Below the pieces are notes generated by a model. That model saw nothing but the letters and a program-made list of their open reading frames with translations. It made no database searches and had not been told where the DNA came from. Of a DNA stretch of 64,000 nt, positions 25,906 to 38,778 are shown piece after piece. The stretch covers positions 2,108,001-2,172,000 of the forward strand of contig JBLDXI010000019.1 in NCBI GenBank assembly GCA_047495785.1. The letters run 5' to 3'. The translations under genes and the position numbers were made by a program. Source of the DNA: Lepidodermella squamata (lineage: Eukaryota; Animalia; Gastrotricha). The first letter of the stretch is position 1, and each line of letters starts with the position of its first letter.

Positions 25906-28900
25906 ATGCGGTGGTGTTACTCCTTCGCCGTTTTTATATCGCTTTGCGCGTCGATTGCCGCTTACCCCGCGTTTTATATTCGAATCCCAAACGGCGACAA
26001 AGTGCCGCACGTTTGCCCGGCGCCCTCGAGCGACCCGGCCTCGAAACGCTGGCCAGCTGTCGGCCATTGGCGGTCGAAAGGCGGCGATGGATCGCGCAAC
26101 TCGTTAAACCCATTCGGGCGTGACTTTGCGCTCAATCGCTTCCAATGGACTGTTGCGCTGTGCCGCAACGATTCTGACCTAGATGGCCGGACAAATGGCG
26201 AGGAATTGGGCGATCCTGATTGCACGTGGTCGATGACGAGCCACGCGCCGCCGTCTGGTAAGGTTTTGTCTCACCCTGGCGTCTGCGAGCCGCTTGAATC
26301 GCCGATCTGTGCCGAGATTAACTCGCCCCACCTCGCGACTGAATGCCCGAATCACGTCGAGGCGAAAACGCTGATTGAGGAGGCTGAGTCTGAGGAACTG
26401 GCCTGCCCGCCGATAACCGCGACTTTGGTCAAGAAATTCGATTTGAAACTCGCCGGTGGGCCTGCGTTGGTTTCAATGACCGAGGACGTTTCGACGAAGG
26501 ATTTTGTGCATTTTTGCCAGACGTTCACACTGCCGGCCGATCAGCCGTATCATTTGATAGCGTTGAAGCCGACGACGTCGCAGGATGACATATTTTTTAT
26601 CAGTCACGTGACCATGCATGCGTGTACCGATCAGGTCGATTCGTTTAACTTGGCGGCGATTGGCGGGCTCAATCAACCGAGTCGAACGGCGTGCCAACTG
26701 CTGAAGCCATGCACGAAGCTGGTCGGAACTTGGAAATTTGACCCTCAGTAATTTTGATTGGATTTTCTTTTACAAATTTTTCTTGAATAGGTCCAAGTGT
26801 CGTATAAAATTCTCGGTATAGTTTCATAGCTTCACATTTTTTCACGTCCTTATTCGGACAAAAAATTGTTGCCTCAAATTAGTGGCAAGGGTTCTAAAAT
26901 TTTGAGAGCGGATTTTTTCCTGAGTGATAAGGCAATTTAATGACGGCTTTCCTAAATAAAAATATACAATGCTCTGATTTTTGGCCTTTGATTTCAATTC
27001 CCATAGCAAAGCTAATTATCTAAGATTTTCCAACTGGAGAGATTTCATCGGAAAACTTTTGGAGAATTTTCGTAATTTTTTGTGCAATTTCCGACGAAGC
27101 GCAGCAATTTTCTAGAAGGGACATACATAATCATTTACACCTTCAACCATCGAAATTGCAATTTTTAGCCAGTTTTTCAATTTTTTAACTTTTCCAATTT
27201 CTTATAGACAGCCTAAAAAATTGGAAACTGTTTACCTGTTTCTTCTGATCTTATCTTTTAGACGAAATTAAGTTTCGATTATTTTTTAAGATTTTTTTAA
27301 ATGGTCCACAGAATTTTCAAATTGCTCGATATAAATTATATGTTAATTACGTGGGGCGTCAACTCATCCGCGGTCAACTCGTCCGCGACAACTCATCCGC
27401 GACAACTCATCCGTGGACAACTCATCCGAAATTAAATAAATATTTAAATAATTATTTTTAGTGACAACTCATCCGGTGACAACTGGTCCGGCCAGGCCGA
27501 GTTGACGCGGATGAGTTGTCACTAAAATTAAATAATTAATTATTTTTTAATTATTTAAATTCTGGGACAACTCGTCCACGGTCAACTCATCCGAAATTCG
27601 AAATATAACATTTGTTGGTAAATTCAGGATGAGTTGGCGCGGATGACTTGTCCGTAGACGAGTTGTCCCAGAATTTAAATAATTAAAAAATAATTAATTA
27701 TTTAATTTTAGTGACAACTCATCCGCGACAACTCGGCCGGGCCGGACCAGTTGTCACCGGATGAGTTGTCACTAAAAATAATTATTTAAATATTTATTTA
27801 ATTTCGGATGAGTTGTCCACGGATGAGTTGTCGCGGATGACTTGTCACCGGATGACTTGTCGCGGACGAGTTGACATTTCACCGTTAATTACGATGAAAT
27901 TCGGCGCAAATATATCCGAAAATCTACTGAAACCTGCTTCATTTAAAACAGTTGAGGCTATTTTTTAGACATATTTTTAAATTTTTAAATATTTTATGAT
28001 TTCAAGGTCGCGGGTTGTCGCAAAGCCTAATTTGAGGCTCTAGCACTAGATTTTACAAAAAGGGTTGGAACTCTCCCTGGATTTTTTGGGTCAATCAAGG
28101 AAAAAGTCGAAGAATCTTATAATTTTGGGTCATTTTAATTAATTTTTCTTAATTAATTTAAGTTTATTTACAACTTAATTTCCCCTTTTTATAGAGCCAA
28201 AGCACCAATTGTTTGCCTGTCGCCTATCGTCGGTGTTCGATTCGGCTCGGAGCGCTTTCAGAAAGTTGTCGTCGATTTCTACTTCGCCTTCCGCCTCGAC
28301 CATCCCAACAGCACCAGCCCGAATATTGACGTCAGTTCATCCGGCATCACGTTGTACTACACACCGAAACTCCGCCGCTTCGACATGGGCGTCATGCTGC
28401 TCGGCGAAAATTACATGAAAATCCCGCCCGACACCAGTCTATTCAACGTCACGTCCCACTTACCCCAACCTTGCCTATCGAAATTGACGAATAATCAAGT
28501 TATTACGCCGACCGAAGCGACGCTGCATGGCAATAAGATGTTTCAAACAATGCAACTTTTGTTACAGCCGTTTAACCAGCCGTTGCGGCAGACGCTGGAA
28601 ATGGCGGCGACAGACCGTGACGAAAGCTTTGACTCGCCGTTTTTTGTCAGCCGCATCGGCAATTTGCAAGTGAAGCCGGTGGACAGTTTGCTGCTCAAGT
28701 GTAGCTATGACTCGGTTGATTTGGATCGATTCACGTTTTTCGGCCCGTTGCCTGATGGCGAAATGTGCTATGCGACCATCAGCTTTTTCCCAGCCAATAA
28801 CGCCACGGTAACTTTTTTAATTTATTTTACGCTTCATTTTTGTTAGATGAGAATCATCAGACCGAAAGTTATCACATAAATTATGATCGAAAAATGCTAC

Positions 28901-30752
28901 TTTGAATTTCCAGTCAGTTTTGCCTGAAATTTCAGGCTTGGTATTTTATTGGATTTTTGGGCCCTATAAATTCTACTCGAAATCAAAAGTTCACACAACT
29001 AATTCCGCAACAAAAACTTAACTCGGAACTTGTACCCCCCCCCCCCCCCCCCCCGATTCTAATTTATTGCGAAAACCTTCAACTTATTTTTCAGTTTAGC
29101 GGAACCAATTTCTAATCATCGATCAAGCGCCAATTTTTTCAATATTTGCGTCACCATTTTTTGAGTTTGCATAATAAATTTAAAGACAGTCTATTCAGTT
29201 GACCTAAAGGAAGGGGCACTGCCATCCATTTTTCGCGATCTACCGGAAAATTTCGAAATTTATCGGAAAAAAACCCGGAAAAATTCGGTAATTATATCGG
29301 TATTTTACTCGATAGGACCAATTTCTCTATATTTTTATTGCTGTTGTTAAATTTTATACTGACTAGGGCATTTCAGGAACTTAAACAGCTTTTCTACCGG
29401 AGATCGAAGCAAAACTGGGGTTGAATTATTAGGAGGTCTTGCTCTGTCCTTATCCGCGGTCCTGCCTGTAATTCGGTATTTATGGTAGCTATAATTAAAT
29501 TAGTTCTGATGGCGCTTGAAGCCATGAGTTGGTGAATCGCCTCTGATCCAAAGCCTTTTTGATACCTTATCCATATATTTACCTTGGCTGATTGTGACAA
29601 TGAAAATTAGATATAAATAAGGATGGTATTGTGTTTTTTGAAGTAAATAGATGGTTTCATGTCTTGGAAACTAATTACTTCGAAGCCGTATTTTTCCGTA
29701 GTTAGAGCATTAAGAACGGTGTTCAGCTCCTTAACCTTTCCCGACGATGCAAACGCGAGTGTTGAGGCCGTAATTATTAGAAACTATGAGATCCACGCTA
29801 AAACATAGCAACGGTTGTCAAGGAGCTTTTTCTCGTAAACTGTTTAGTTCCACAACTCGAAATTTTTATTGGAGCTATAAGAATTTTTATTGCTTACCTA
29901 AAATTAGGTTCCGCAAAATGCCGATTTGGTTCCGCTAAAAGACATTTTGTTTTAGTTTTACTAAGGGCCAAGCATAGGTCTTTCCAAACGCTTTTCAGTA
30001 AAATGTTTTTTTTTGAGATATGCAGATCTTTTTCATTTATAACTAACACTGAAGTCGATTTTATGACTGCATATAAACAGAATTAAGACGAACAAATTTC
30101 ACTATATATGTAACTCTGAGTTCACTCAAATAAATTGATTGTCTTTTTTATTTCAGTGGTTCATCGATGCGACTCAATACGGAGGCATCAGTGCATGTCC
30201 AGCCTCGAATATTATCGACGGTTGTCCTTACCAATCTTTCGCCTCGTAAATATTCCCACCCGAACTTTGACCTAATTTTCGCCGATTATTTTTTACCCCA
30301 GAAAATACCAAGACGTATTGCGAAATTTGCGCCAAGCCTGCGACAGCATGTCGTACCCGCCCGCGTCGTGCCCAACCGAGTGTAAAACGCTCATCGTCCG
30401 CGAGGACCTGCTCGGCCACGACTGCCTCGTCGGCGATGTCTTCCAGAAAATCGTGCGAACGCCCGAGCTCATGACCGCCTCGGTGCCGTTCACGCCGTTC
30501 GAGGCGTCCAGCGTAGCCGGCACCATCGACCTGTGCCGGCTCGAGGTCTACGCGATTGTCATCGAAAAGTCGGGCCTTAAAAACTCGCTGAATAAAACGC
30601 TCGAGAGCGAGTACGCCCTGGCTAGGGTGGAGACATGCCGCGCGTCGCTACACTCATCATCACCGGCCTCAATTTATTTCTACCTAGTTTTAGTAACGCT
30701 CTCTGCCTGCCAATTATTATCATCATCTCGACGTAATTTACTTGTGCCATGA
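25906..30752 (+). CDS. Temptin-domain + copper type II ascorbate-dependent monooxygenase-fold protein (DBH/MOXD1-like), probable pseudoenzyme with hydrophobic C-terminal anchor
   Basis: Signal peptide; temptin motif YPAFYIRIPNG..WPAVGH..GG..RN..NPFGRDF..WT..LCRNDSDLDGRTNGEELGDPDC; monooxygenase motifs SSGITLYYTPKLRRFDMG, CSYDS, GEMCY. Exons 25906-26747, 28195-28807, 30157-30245, 30302-30752. Confidence 0.85.
27351..27883. mobile_element. Foldback/Mutator-like MITE, almost entirely palindromic, in intron 1 of the temptin-monooxygenase gene
   Basis: ~240-bp inverted arms built from ACAACTCATCCG repeats; TSD GTTAATTAC (27342-27350 / 27884-27892). Confidence 0.88.
29035..29054. repeat. C20 homopolymer (G-tract on minus strand)
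   Basis: 20 consecutive C in intron 2. Confidence 0.9.
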
Positions 30753-30900
30753 TGTCCGTGAGATAATATACACGTGTTACAGATAGTATTTTTTTCTGTG
30801 AAATTTTTTCGAACAAAATAAAAATTTATGAAAAAATGTTTTTTATTGACTTGCAAATATCTGGAGAATATTTCAATGATCTTCTTATAAAATTGTGGTG

Positions 30901-32368
30901 TTATTTTTTATAGACGACGGGTATATTCCGATGCCGCCTGGTTTTGACTCGGTATTCGTCCCAGTTGTAATAGCTTTTGATACTGAAAAAAATTACAGAA
31001 TTAATCACGCGAATAAGTGATAGAAAATCCAAATTTTTAAGAATTTTCCAGAATGTGAATTCAATATCTTATAGATTTCCTTACAAAGATGGAAAATGTT
31101 AAAAAATGATGCATAAAAAATGGGGACGGAAAATTATTAAGGAAATCACCAAGTAGCCAACCTAAATTATAGGACCCAGCGCTAGATTTTCCCAACTTTA
31201 ATGGCCTTTAAAGGCGAAATCGAATTCGAGTTTTAAGTCTTCGATTCCAATTTCAATTTTTCTAGAGCATGTCAAACCGATAGCAATCGATTTTCAAGCA
31301 TAAAATTCACTAATCGGGGATTTTCCCAAAATCAACAGTTTAGGAAGCCAACTAGGAAAATTTCCTCCCCAACAGCTGACATGACAGCTGATGGTACCAG
31401 GTATAGCTAAAAAAGTTTCAGTGTAATTGGGGGCATCAGTACTCGCCAACAGAAATAAGTCGGATGAAGGTAGTCTAAATGACTGAAATTTGGTGATGAA
31501 ACCTGAATATTTATTTTTAGTTTTGCTAATAATAACACCCTAATATGAAAATCCTATATTATACCATTGTTTAGGAGGTCGAACGCTCCAGTGGCCGTTC
31601 GGCATGCAGTAGACATCGCTTGGAAACACGACTTCACTGGCTCGATTGCAGACGAAATGCAAGTGGGAATTGACTTTGTAAAGCCGACGGGTTCCCGGGA
31701 AAGCTAAGGATGACTGATCGTGATCGACGGATACCGGCCCCTTAGGATCAGCAACCCAACTCGGCAAAACACAGGCAACAGCTGCAAGAAAAAAATTAGA
31801 AAGTTTTCGAACTTGAAATTTCTAAATTTGAAATTTGGAATTTTTTCAAGATTTTTTTAATTAGCTATCCCTCATTATATCTAAAGCTCACGATGAAAAA
31901 TTGATGAAAATAAAAAATCGTTTGAAATTTGAAAATAAATTATGGCACAAGCTCTTGTCCGAAATTGGGTCAAAACTTTAAAAGCAGGGAAAAAGTTTTA
32001 AATTTACGTTTGCATCTGCCGACATTGTGCGACCATTTTCCAGTGTTGGTACAAAAAGCTTCATGAGCTTCACTGGTACCCATTGTAAATCCAGTTTTAC
32101 AGTTCATTTTGACGATTGAACCCGGCGGTACGGTGCCATGGCGGTGGTACATCATAGCCGGGCCGGCTAGGAATGTCTCGACGTAGCCGTAAGGATCCGA
32201 AGGCAGCGTACAAGCCCTAATATATCCATCCTAATTAAGAATTAATTAGACCATGAACTTGTTTAATGAAAAAAATTTACAAACCTCATCATGGTACCTT
32301 GAAAGATACGCAGCATGGCTGGTATCAATGAAGAGGCAGATTCCTAATAAGATGAGCGCTCCAACCAT
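30901..32368 (-). CDS. Small secreted protein with two sushi/CCP domains
   Basis: Signal peptide MVGALILLGICLFIDTSHA; exons 32368-32285, 32230-32008, 31781-31565, 30982-30901; two C..C..C..G-W..C modules (CTNTGKWS..RC; CMPNGHWS..QC); basic tail. Confidence 0.82.
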
Positions 32369-34155
32369 TTGTCGAAAATTCAGAAAATTATTGCTGCGAC
32401 GAAAGTAATGACAATAAAAATTATCACGCGCCATAATATCACTTTCGCACCAAATAATAAAGCGTCGATATATAAAGAAAAACAAATAAACAGCAATAAA
32501 ATAAAATAAAATGTTACAAATTGGTATAAATGATTCCTAAAGAAATGAAATTATGCTATGCGCGCGCGCTTTTTACGCGAGCAAATTTTTGCGAGAGAGT
32601 CAATGAAAGGCTGCTGTTGTAAACAAGACAGCAGATACGGCCGATGATTTTTGTCGGCGCGCGCAGTATTGTCAACTGTCACGCTGCCGACGTTTTTGGC
32701 GGCGGGATAAAACAATGATAATTAACGACAATGGGCTGGGTTTTTGCGCGCTCAAAGACAGCGACGCGCATTTATTTTGCGCGCACCTGTTGATAAATAT
32801 TGTTATTTATTGTTTGTTTCTTATACAGCGATCACGCTTCACTGCACCGGCGCTTTCTCTTCATCTTGAATATGAAGGCGGCTCGAAAACTGCTGGCGTG
32901 TTGGCGGCTTGTGAGTTGTGAGTCACGAAATTTTAATAAAACACCACTCAAGTGATACGTGGTAAAATGTCCCTAGAGTCAACATTTACGCTTCGTTAAA
33001 TAAAACAAACCTTGCGTTTTTTCTGATTTTAATATTCTGTACCCTTTATACCCATGAGGGAATTGAAATTTCGAATAAAACTTCAACATCAGGATCTCCA
33101 TGGGTATTTATTATTTCAATTCAAGTTTTTTCGTTTTATTATTCTGGTCTGCGAAATATGAGCCTGGTATTTTTTTTATTGCTCTTGTTGGTCACACTTT
33201 ATTTAATGTTGACCGACCTTCATTGCACGCAAAATGACAAGTTGGGAAACATTATTTCTAGAAAATTGGGTTAAACAACAAATTTAAACGAGCACCATGG
33301 CTTTTTACGTTGGCAATTTGCTGGAAAACAATACTGTATACCCTATTGCCCTGGGATTGTTTACTACAGGTTGGCCGCAAAAAAGCCGCAAGGGGCGAAG
33401 TTCATTGACTGGAGTGCGCAGAAGTGGGGAGTTCCAAAAAATGAAGAAATTTGAAGCATTTCTTGAAATTGATGCGCCACTTATGAAACTCGACTTTGAG
33501 TTCAAATTTAACGAGTCCACTTGCCACTTCAAAGTAATTAATTTTATCCAATAAAATGCAGGACTTCGAAGTTCCACCTTACTCCTTACCTCGAAAGGAG
33601 CATCAAGATTCAGAATGTTTATTGCGATTTCTGAATTTTAGGTATTTTATTAATCGTAAAAGCTAGCCCGGTCTGTCACAAATATCTTTTATTTTTTTAA
33701 CTCATTCAACAATTTTTCATTGCACAATAAAAACACGTTATGATTCTTCGACGAACTGTTCACATTCTGATGCATATTTATCATCAATATTCTAGTACCA
33801 ACAAGCAACAACACGTATAAGGTTAGCAGGCAGCTTATAAGATACGCTCACTTGAAGTAGTCGCAAATTTTTTAATGGCAGTCAAGTTCAAGGTGAGAGT
33901 AATTTCATGAAAGACAGCTGAGTCATAACTTTCTAAATCAGGTCACATTATTATTTGTGTTTAAAACGCATTAAAAATAATTAAAAAATTCCACGTCCAA
34001 GCAATAATAAAAGATGCGCGTACTAATGATGATAAGAATAAAATGGGACATGAGGGTGCCGTACGTTTTCAACGCAATTATTTTTTCAAGCAGAAGAGGG
34101 AAGATAATATAATTAAGCACCGATTTTTTTACATTAAATTTAAGGAGGATTTTTC

Positions 34156-36704
34156 TCACTGAACAGAGAACATCGAATCAGGCGGGGACGGTTCACATTT
34201 GCCGAAGACAGCCCGAACGTTGTCACTGTCCATGGGCCGGCTAACGTGCGCCGGGTGGTGCGCTTCGTCCCATAAAGCGGCGCAAAAACTGCGCCATTTA
34301 TTGACAAACGGAAACGGGTCAATGCCGTGGTAATACTGCCAATCGTAAAGATCGCGCAATTTTTGTGGCGATTTCGGCAGGGATTTCGTTAAAAACGCCG
34401 CCAATCCGCTCAAATTGCCAGGCATATAATCGCGAACGTCGATGAAAGATGCCTTCGGAACGCCTAAAATTGAATAATCGACATCGCCGTGTAACGCTAT
34501 GGGTATCAAGCCGTGGTGTAGGCTTAAATTAAGGCCTCGGAACAACTTTTCCGTAACGTAATCGTCGCAAATTGAGTTTTCAAACGACAGGTAGTAGCGG
34601 TATTTCGAGAAAAATTCCGCGTTTTCTTCCGGGTTCCACTCTGGCGCCGTGTTGCCGGTACAGGCGCCGAACTGGTCGACCTTAACGCCGTAGTTGCGTA
34701 GGGTGTCTACAATTTTTTCTCGCTTTGACAACGTGTCGCAATGCGAGACAATCCACAACGCGTCCAGCGGCCGATTGGCGAAAGATTTGACGAATCTTTC
34801 GATTTTTCGCCTCCGTTCCTGTTGCCGGGTCTTTGTTGGGACAATCCAGCCGTATGGGAATCTTATCGTTGATTTTGAGCTGTAGCTTATTGTCCAATTG
34901 AAAGTCGAGACATTAACGATATAAGCCCACAAGTCGTCGGTGAACGTCATCGAGGGCGGTTCCATTGAGAAGAAAATCCAGCGTTGGTTCGGGGTTCGGA
35001 ATTGCGGCTCATCTGTTCCGACGGAGTAATCGCGGCCGTGGAAAAGCACGGCGTCCGTTTGGTTCAGCAAAGATCGATCAGTTGTTAGATAGCATCGCCG
35101 GCTCGAACCATCATCTAGTTCGATGTAGGGGCCGCGGTTTAATTCGAACCAGCCTGTCCACGTTGCGTCTCCAAACCAGGGTGTCCATAATAAAACCTGA
35201 AAAATAATGGCATATTAAAAGTCAACGAATCTTAGCAAAATATCGATAGCTGTTATAGCTATTATAAATTGAATTTAAGAAGAAATAAATTTGAACAGCA
35301 ATTTCAAGCCATGCAATTTCAGATTTGGTTGTTCGAGACAAGAGCATCTCGTGCTTTGGAAAATAAACCAGGTTTTTAAGCCTATGTAACTAACAAATGG
35401 ATTGACAAATTAGGTCCGACCAGGGATGTAACATGTCTCCTTTCGCGAGCTATATCAAGGGAGCGAAATTTTCGGCGAAATCAGTATTGAATTTAGAGGA
35501 GATTTTCAGCAAATATTACCGTGAAAACTGGGAGATTCGGCTAAAAGGTTAAGCACTGGCTGTTGAAATCGTAAATAAAATTTAGTCGATTTTCAAACAA
35601 TAACAACCTGGTATCCATTTTTTTCTTTGCATTAATTATGTCATGGGTTATAAGAAAGAAATGGGGAACGATATTCGAACCCTCATAATATTCATAATTG
35701 TAGTCACCCTAAAATGCATTTTCCCAGAAGTTCCGCATTCATTTTTTAACTTCAAACTTTTTTAGGAAATTCAACTAATTTGGTTTTTAAATTAAACATA
35801 ACGAGAGAATATTCCATCTTTTCTCCGCGATTTAACCGAAGAAATAAAAAATTTACCGAAGAAAACCGCGATGGTAACTGGTATTTTACCCGGCTGGGCC
35901 AAATTTCTCCGGAATTTTTAATCCCATTAAATTCCGGAAACATATTTTAAGAAACATATTTGATATCTATTCTCGTGAATTTTTGAATTTTTCTAAAATT
36001 TCTGACCATGAGATATGTGGCTCCCCTCTCATTTATGATCCCTTTTCCGTGTATTTTCTTTGCTTGCGTTACTTATAGGACAACAAAGGTAATAGAAAAA
36101 ACGGCAATTGAGTTTTGATGAGTTTATGAAGAAAAAATTCGTGGGTAGAAGATTTAATTAGGTCTAAAAATAGAAAATTGAACAAAAAAAAGATGGACGA
36201 AAACGACTGAAATTATCCTGGATTGGAGAAATAATAAACAATTCGTTCGTTTGAACTTCAGGACCAATTTTCATCAAACCGCTGAGTTTTAGCTCATGAT
36301 TTTTTAATCCAACCATCCTAAGTGAACATTTAACCTCTTTCTAAAAATTGCGATTAAAGGTTAATTGTTGAAAATTCGGAAAAAATTAATCAAAATTAGG
36401 CAATATAGCTCTACTTATATTCATAAAAATGTTGGGAATCCAGTATTAAAAGTGTACTTTATGGTGATTGCGAAAATATTTGCCATTTTACCATCTTAGG
36501 GTCTTGAGTTAGCGGTTTTGATGTAGTTGTAGTAAGAACCGGGACAGCATCTTCCCCGCTAACTATCGACAGCCGAACAAGGAGGAACCCGGCGAAATTC
36601 AGCACCAAGACACCGGCAATAAGGGCGCTGCGGAAGTTTTTCTGCCGTTTCACGATAAAAATCAACGGCGACGGCGTCGATCGGTCATGATGGTTATTTG
36701 TCAT
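34156..36704 (-). CDS. GT10 alpha-1,3/4-fucosyltransferase paralogue 4
   Basis: Exon 1 36704-36492 (TM ALIAGVLVLNFAGFLLV); exon 2 35196-34156 holds the whole catalytic domain: SMEPP, FNWTISY, WIVSHC, YRYYLSFENSICDDYVTEK. Confidence 0.92.
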
Positions 36705-38449
36705 TGAAAAATCGAAATTGAAAATATTTTTCGAAGAACAGAAGCGAAATGCGCGGCGTGGTGGCAATAAACTTTGTCACATTATTATAGCGCGCTCGCT
36801 TTTACGGAAGTTATTCGGAGGTATAACGCAAGCTGTCAACTGGCCGGAAGAAAGAACAGCAGCAACAGTCTGGCGCCTGCTCGATTTAGCCGGCTCATTC
36901 AACGTTTAAAACATATCTAAATCTTGTCGGTCTGAACAAGGTGAGAAAACATCAATACATACATGCGCATTTCAAGTGCGATGGGATATTTCACGAGAAA
37001 ACACAATATTTAGCAATAATAATCTTTTGATGATAAAACCCTCACTCTCGATTATTAAAATATATCACAAGCACATGTGTGTATAGCCTTTTGACGTGAA
37101 AAAATTAAATAATAATATAATATAAGCTTAATACGCTAGCGTTTGTGTCAAGTATTTGTACAACAAAACATAAAACGCGAAAAAATTCACCTCTAGACGA
37201 CAAAAAATAATAGTGATGATGATGATGTTGGTTTTTAAAATTGCCTATAATCATAATACAAGTGAAAAAATGCACACGTGAGAGCTGTCATCAACTGAAA
37301 AAGGGATTTTCGGAATAAAAAATGCGTATTTAGAGACTTATACCAATCGATTCGTCACGCTGCCCTCTTTCATTTGATACCAGTCTCTAAGCACGTGAAA
37401 AAGATTAAGAAAATATGTTATTTTCCCTGTTAATGGGAATTAGAAGGTGTCGCGGTGGTATTTATTACATGTGGTCGAGCGCACAAGTAAAACATTAAGC
37501 CGAGCAACAAAAATGACAAGACATAAAACACGTGCGGCGGCTACCAGGTATTAATAAAAGACGCACATCGAATCAGAAAAATAAAACGCGCCATTTTTAT
37601 TGCCGCCGCGCACAATTAGTATTTGTTTTAACGCGCTCGCAGAAAAGTCTTAAGATGTTGCATCATCGTCGTCATAATGGTCTCATTATTATTTTGTCGC
37701 CATTTGCGTCAATTGTAGCGTGTGTGTCCTGCGCGCACAATAAATGTCTCGAGACGTTACGAGTGATGATAATGATGATAATGCGGTGAGCCATTTTGTT
37801 AAAAATCTTGATGAGACAACACGCCGTGCGTGACTTGCTTTGAGCTTCCGTTCAGCATCTCTCGTCAGCTAAATCCGCCCTCAATGTAAGGCATCTCTTC
37901 TCACCAGGATAATAATGCTTATATGGGATTTTCTTTGCGCGATGGGCTATAGGTACTACTTGTTGCCTGCAATATACAGGCATATAGTGTCACCTGTTAT
38001 TTGGAGACTAAAGCGGGTAAACATTGCGTAAACAAACGGTAATAATTACTCGCTCGGTTGGTAATTCTAGCAAAAAAACAAAAAAGATGACTTTATAGTG
38101 GATCTCACAGCCACTTGTTATCGCAGTGCCTAGCCTATAGAATAGCACTAATTTTCATTGACCGAGTAATTTATTCAAAAATATGTCATGAATTAATTAG
38201 AAAATCACAATATTTATCACGATATCATGTAGAAATGAACAATTTCAACAGCTAAAAAATGACAAAAAATTCAGCTTGCAGCTATCAGCTTCGCTGAATG
38301 ATGAATAATGATTGATCATTCCCGAAATCCCGAAATTTGTATATCGAAAAAAATTCTAAAAATAGAACGATTGGAAAATAGCAAGTCATTATATCAATCT
38401 TATGATGACTTGATGACTGTCCGAAAATATATTCGGATAATCCAATAAT

Positions 38450-38517
38450 AAATCCAAGGATCGAACTCACGACCGTCATATTATGAGACTGGCTCTTGTC
38501 AAATGAGCCAAGGAGAA
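38450..38517 (-). pseudogene. Degenerate tRNA-Met(CAT) relic
   Basis: Minus strand ..CAGTCTCATAATATGACGGTCGTGAGTTCGATCCT resembles the anticodon and T arms of eukaryotic elongator tRNA-Met; D arm and acceptor stem decayed. Confidence 0.55.
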
Positions 38518-38585
38518 ACCAAGGAGGACTCTTATTCTCGTCGCCCTTTTCACATTGGTCAGATTTATGTTCAAAACGTGAACCG

Positions 38586-38640
38586 TGGCCCAGCCGGGGT
38601 TCGAATCCGCGACCTTCTGTTCACAAGACAGATGCTCTAT
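38586..38640 (-). pseudogene. 5'-truncated tRNA-Thr(TGT)-like sequence
   Basis: Minus strand AGAGCA-TCTGT-CTTGTGA-ACAGA-AGGTCGCGGATTCGAACCCCGGCTGGGCCA; anticodon arm, T arm and 3' stem strand present, 5' acceptor strand missing. Confidence 0.6.
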
Positions 38641-38684
38641 CTGAGGACAAACGCTCCTATAAGCTGCTGAGGACAAAAAATTAT

Positions 38685-38778
38685 CGACCCAGATGGGACT
38701 CGAACCCACAATCTCCGGCTCCGGAGGCCGACGCCTTACCATTCCTTACCATTACCGACGCCATTAGGCCACTGGGCC
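38685..38778 (-). tRNA. tRNA-Arg(CCG) carrying a ~22-nt D-loop insertion (possible pseudogene)
   Basis: GGCCCAGTGGCCTAATGG[CGTCGGTAATGGTAAGGAATGG]TAAGGCGTCGGCCTCCGGAGCCGGAGATTGTGGGTTCGAGTCCCATCTGGGTCG; stems otherwise intact. Confidence 0.8.

Noticed and set aside
27351-27883. CRISPR-like appearance of the ACAACTCATCCG repeats
   Set aside because: Irregular spacing, inverted symmetry, a TSD and eukaryotic context identify a foldback transposon.
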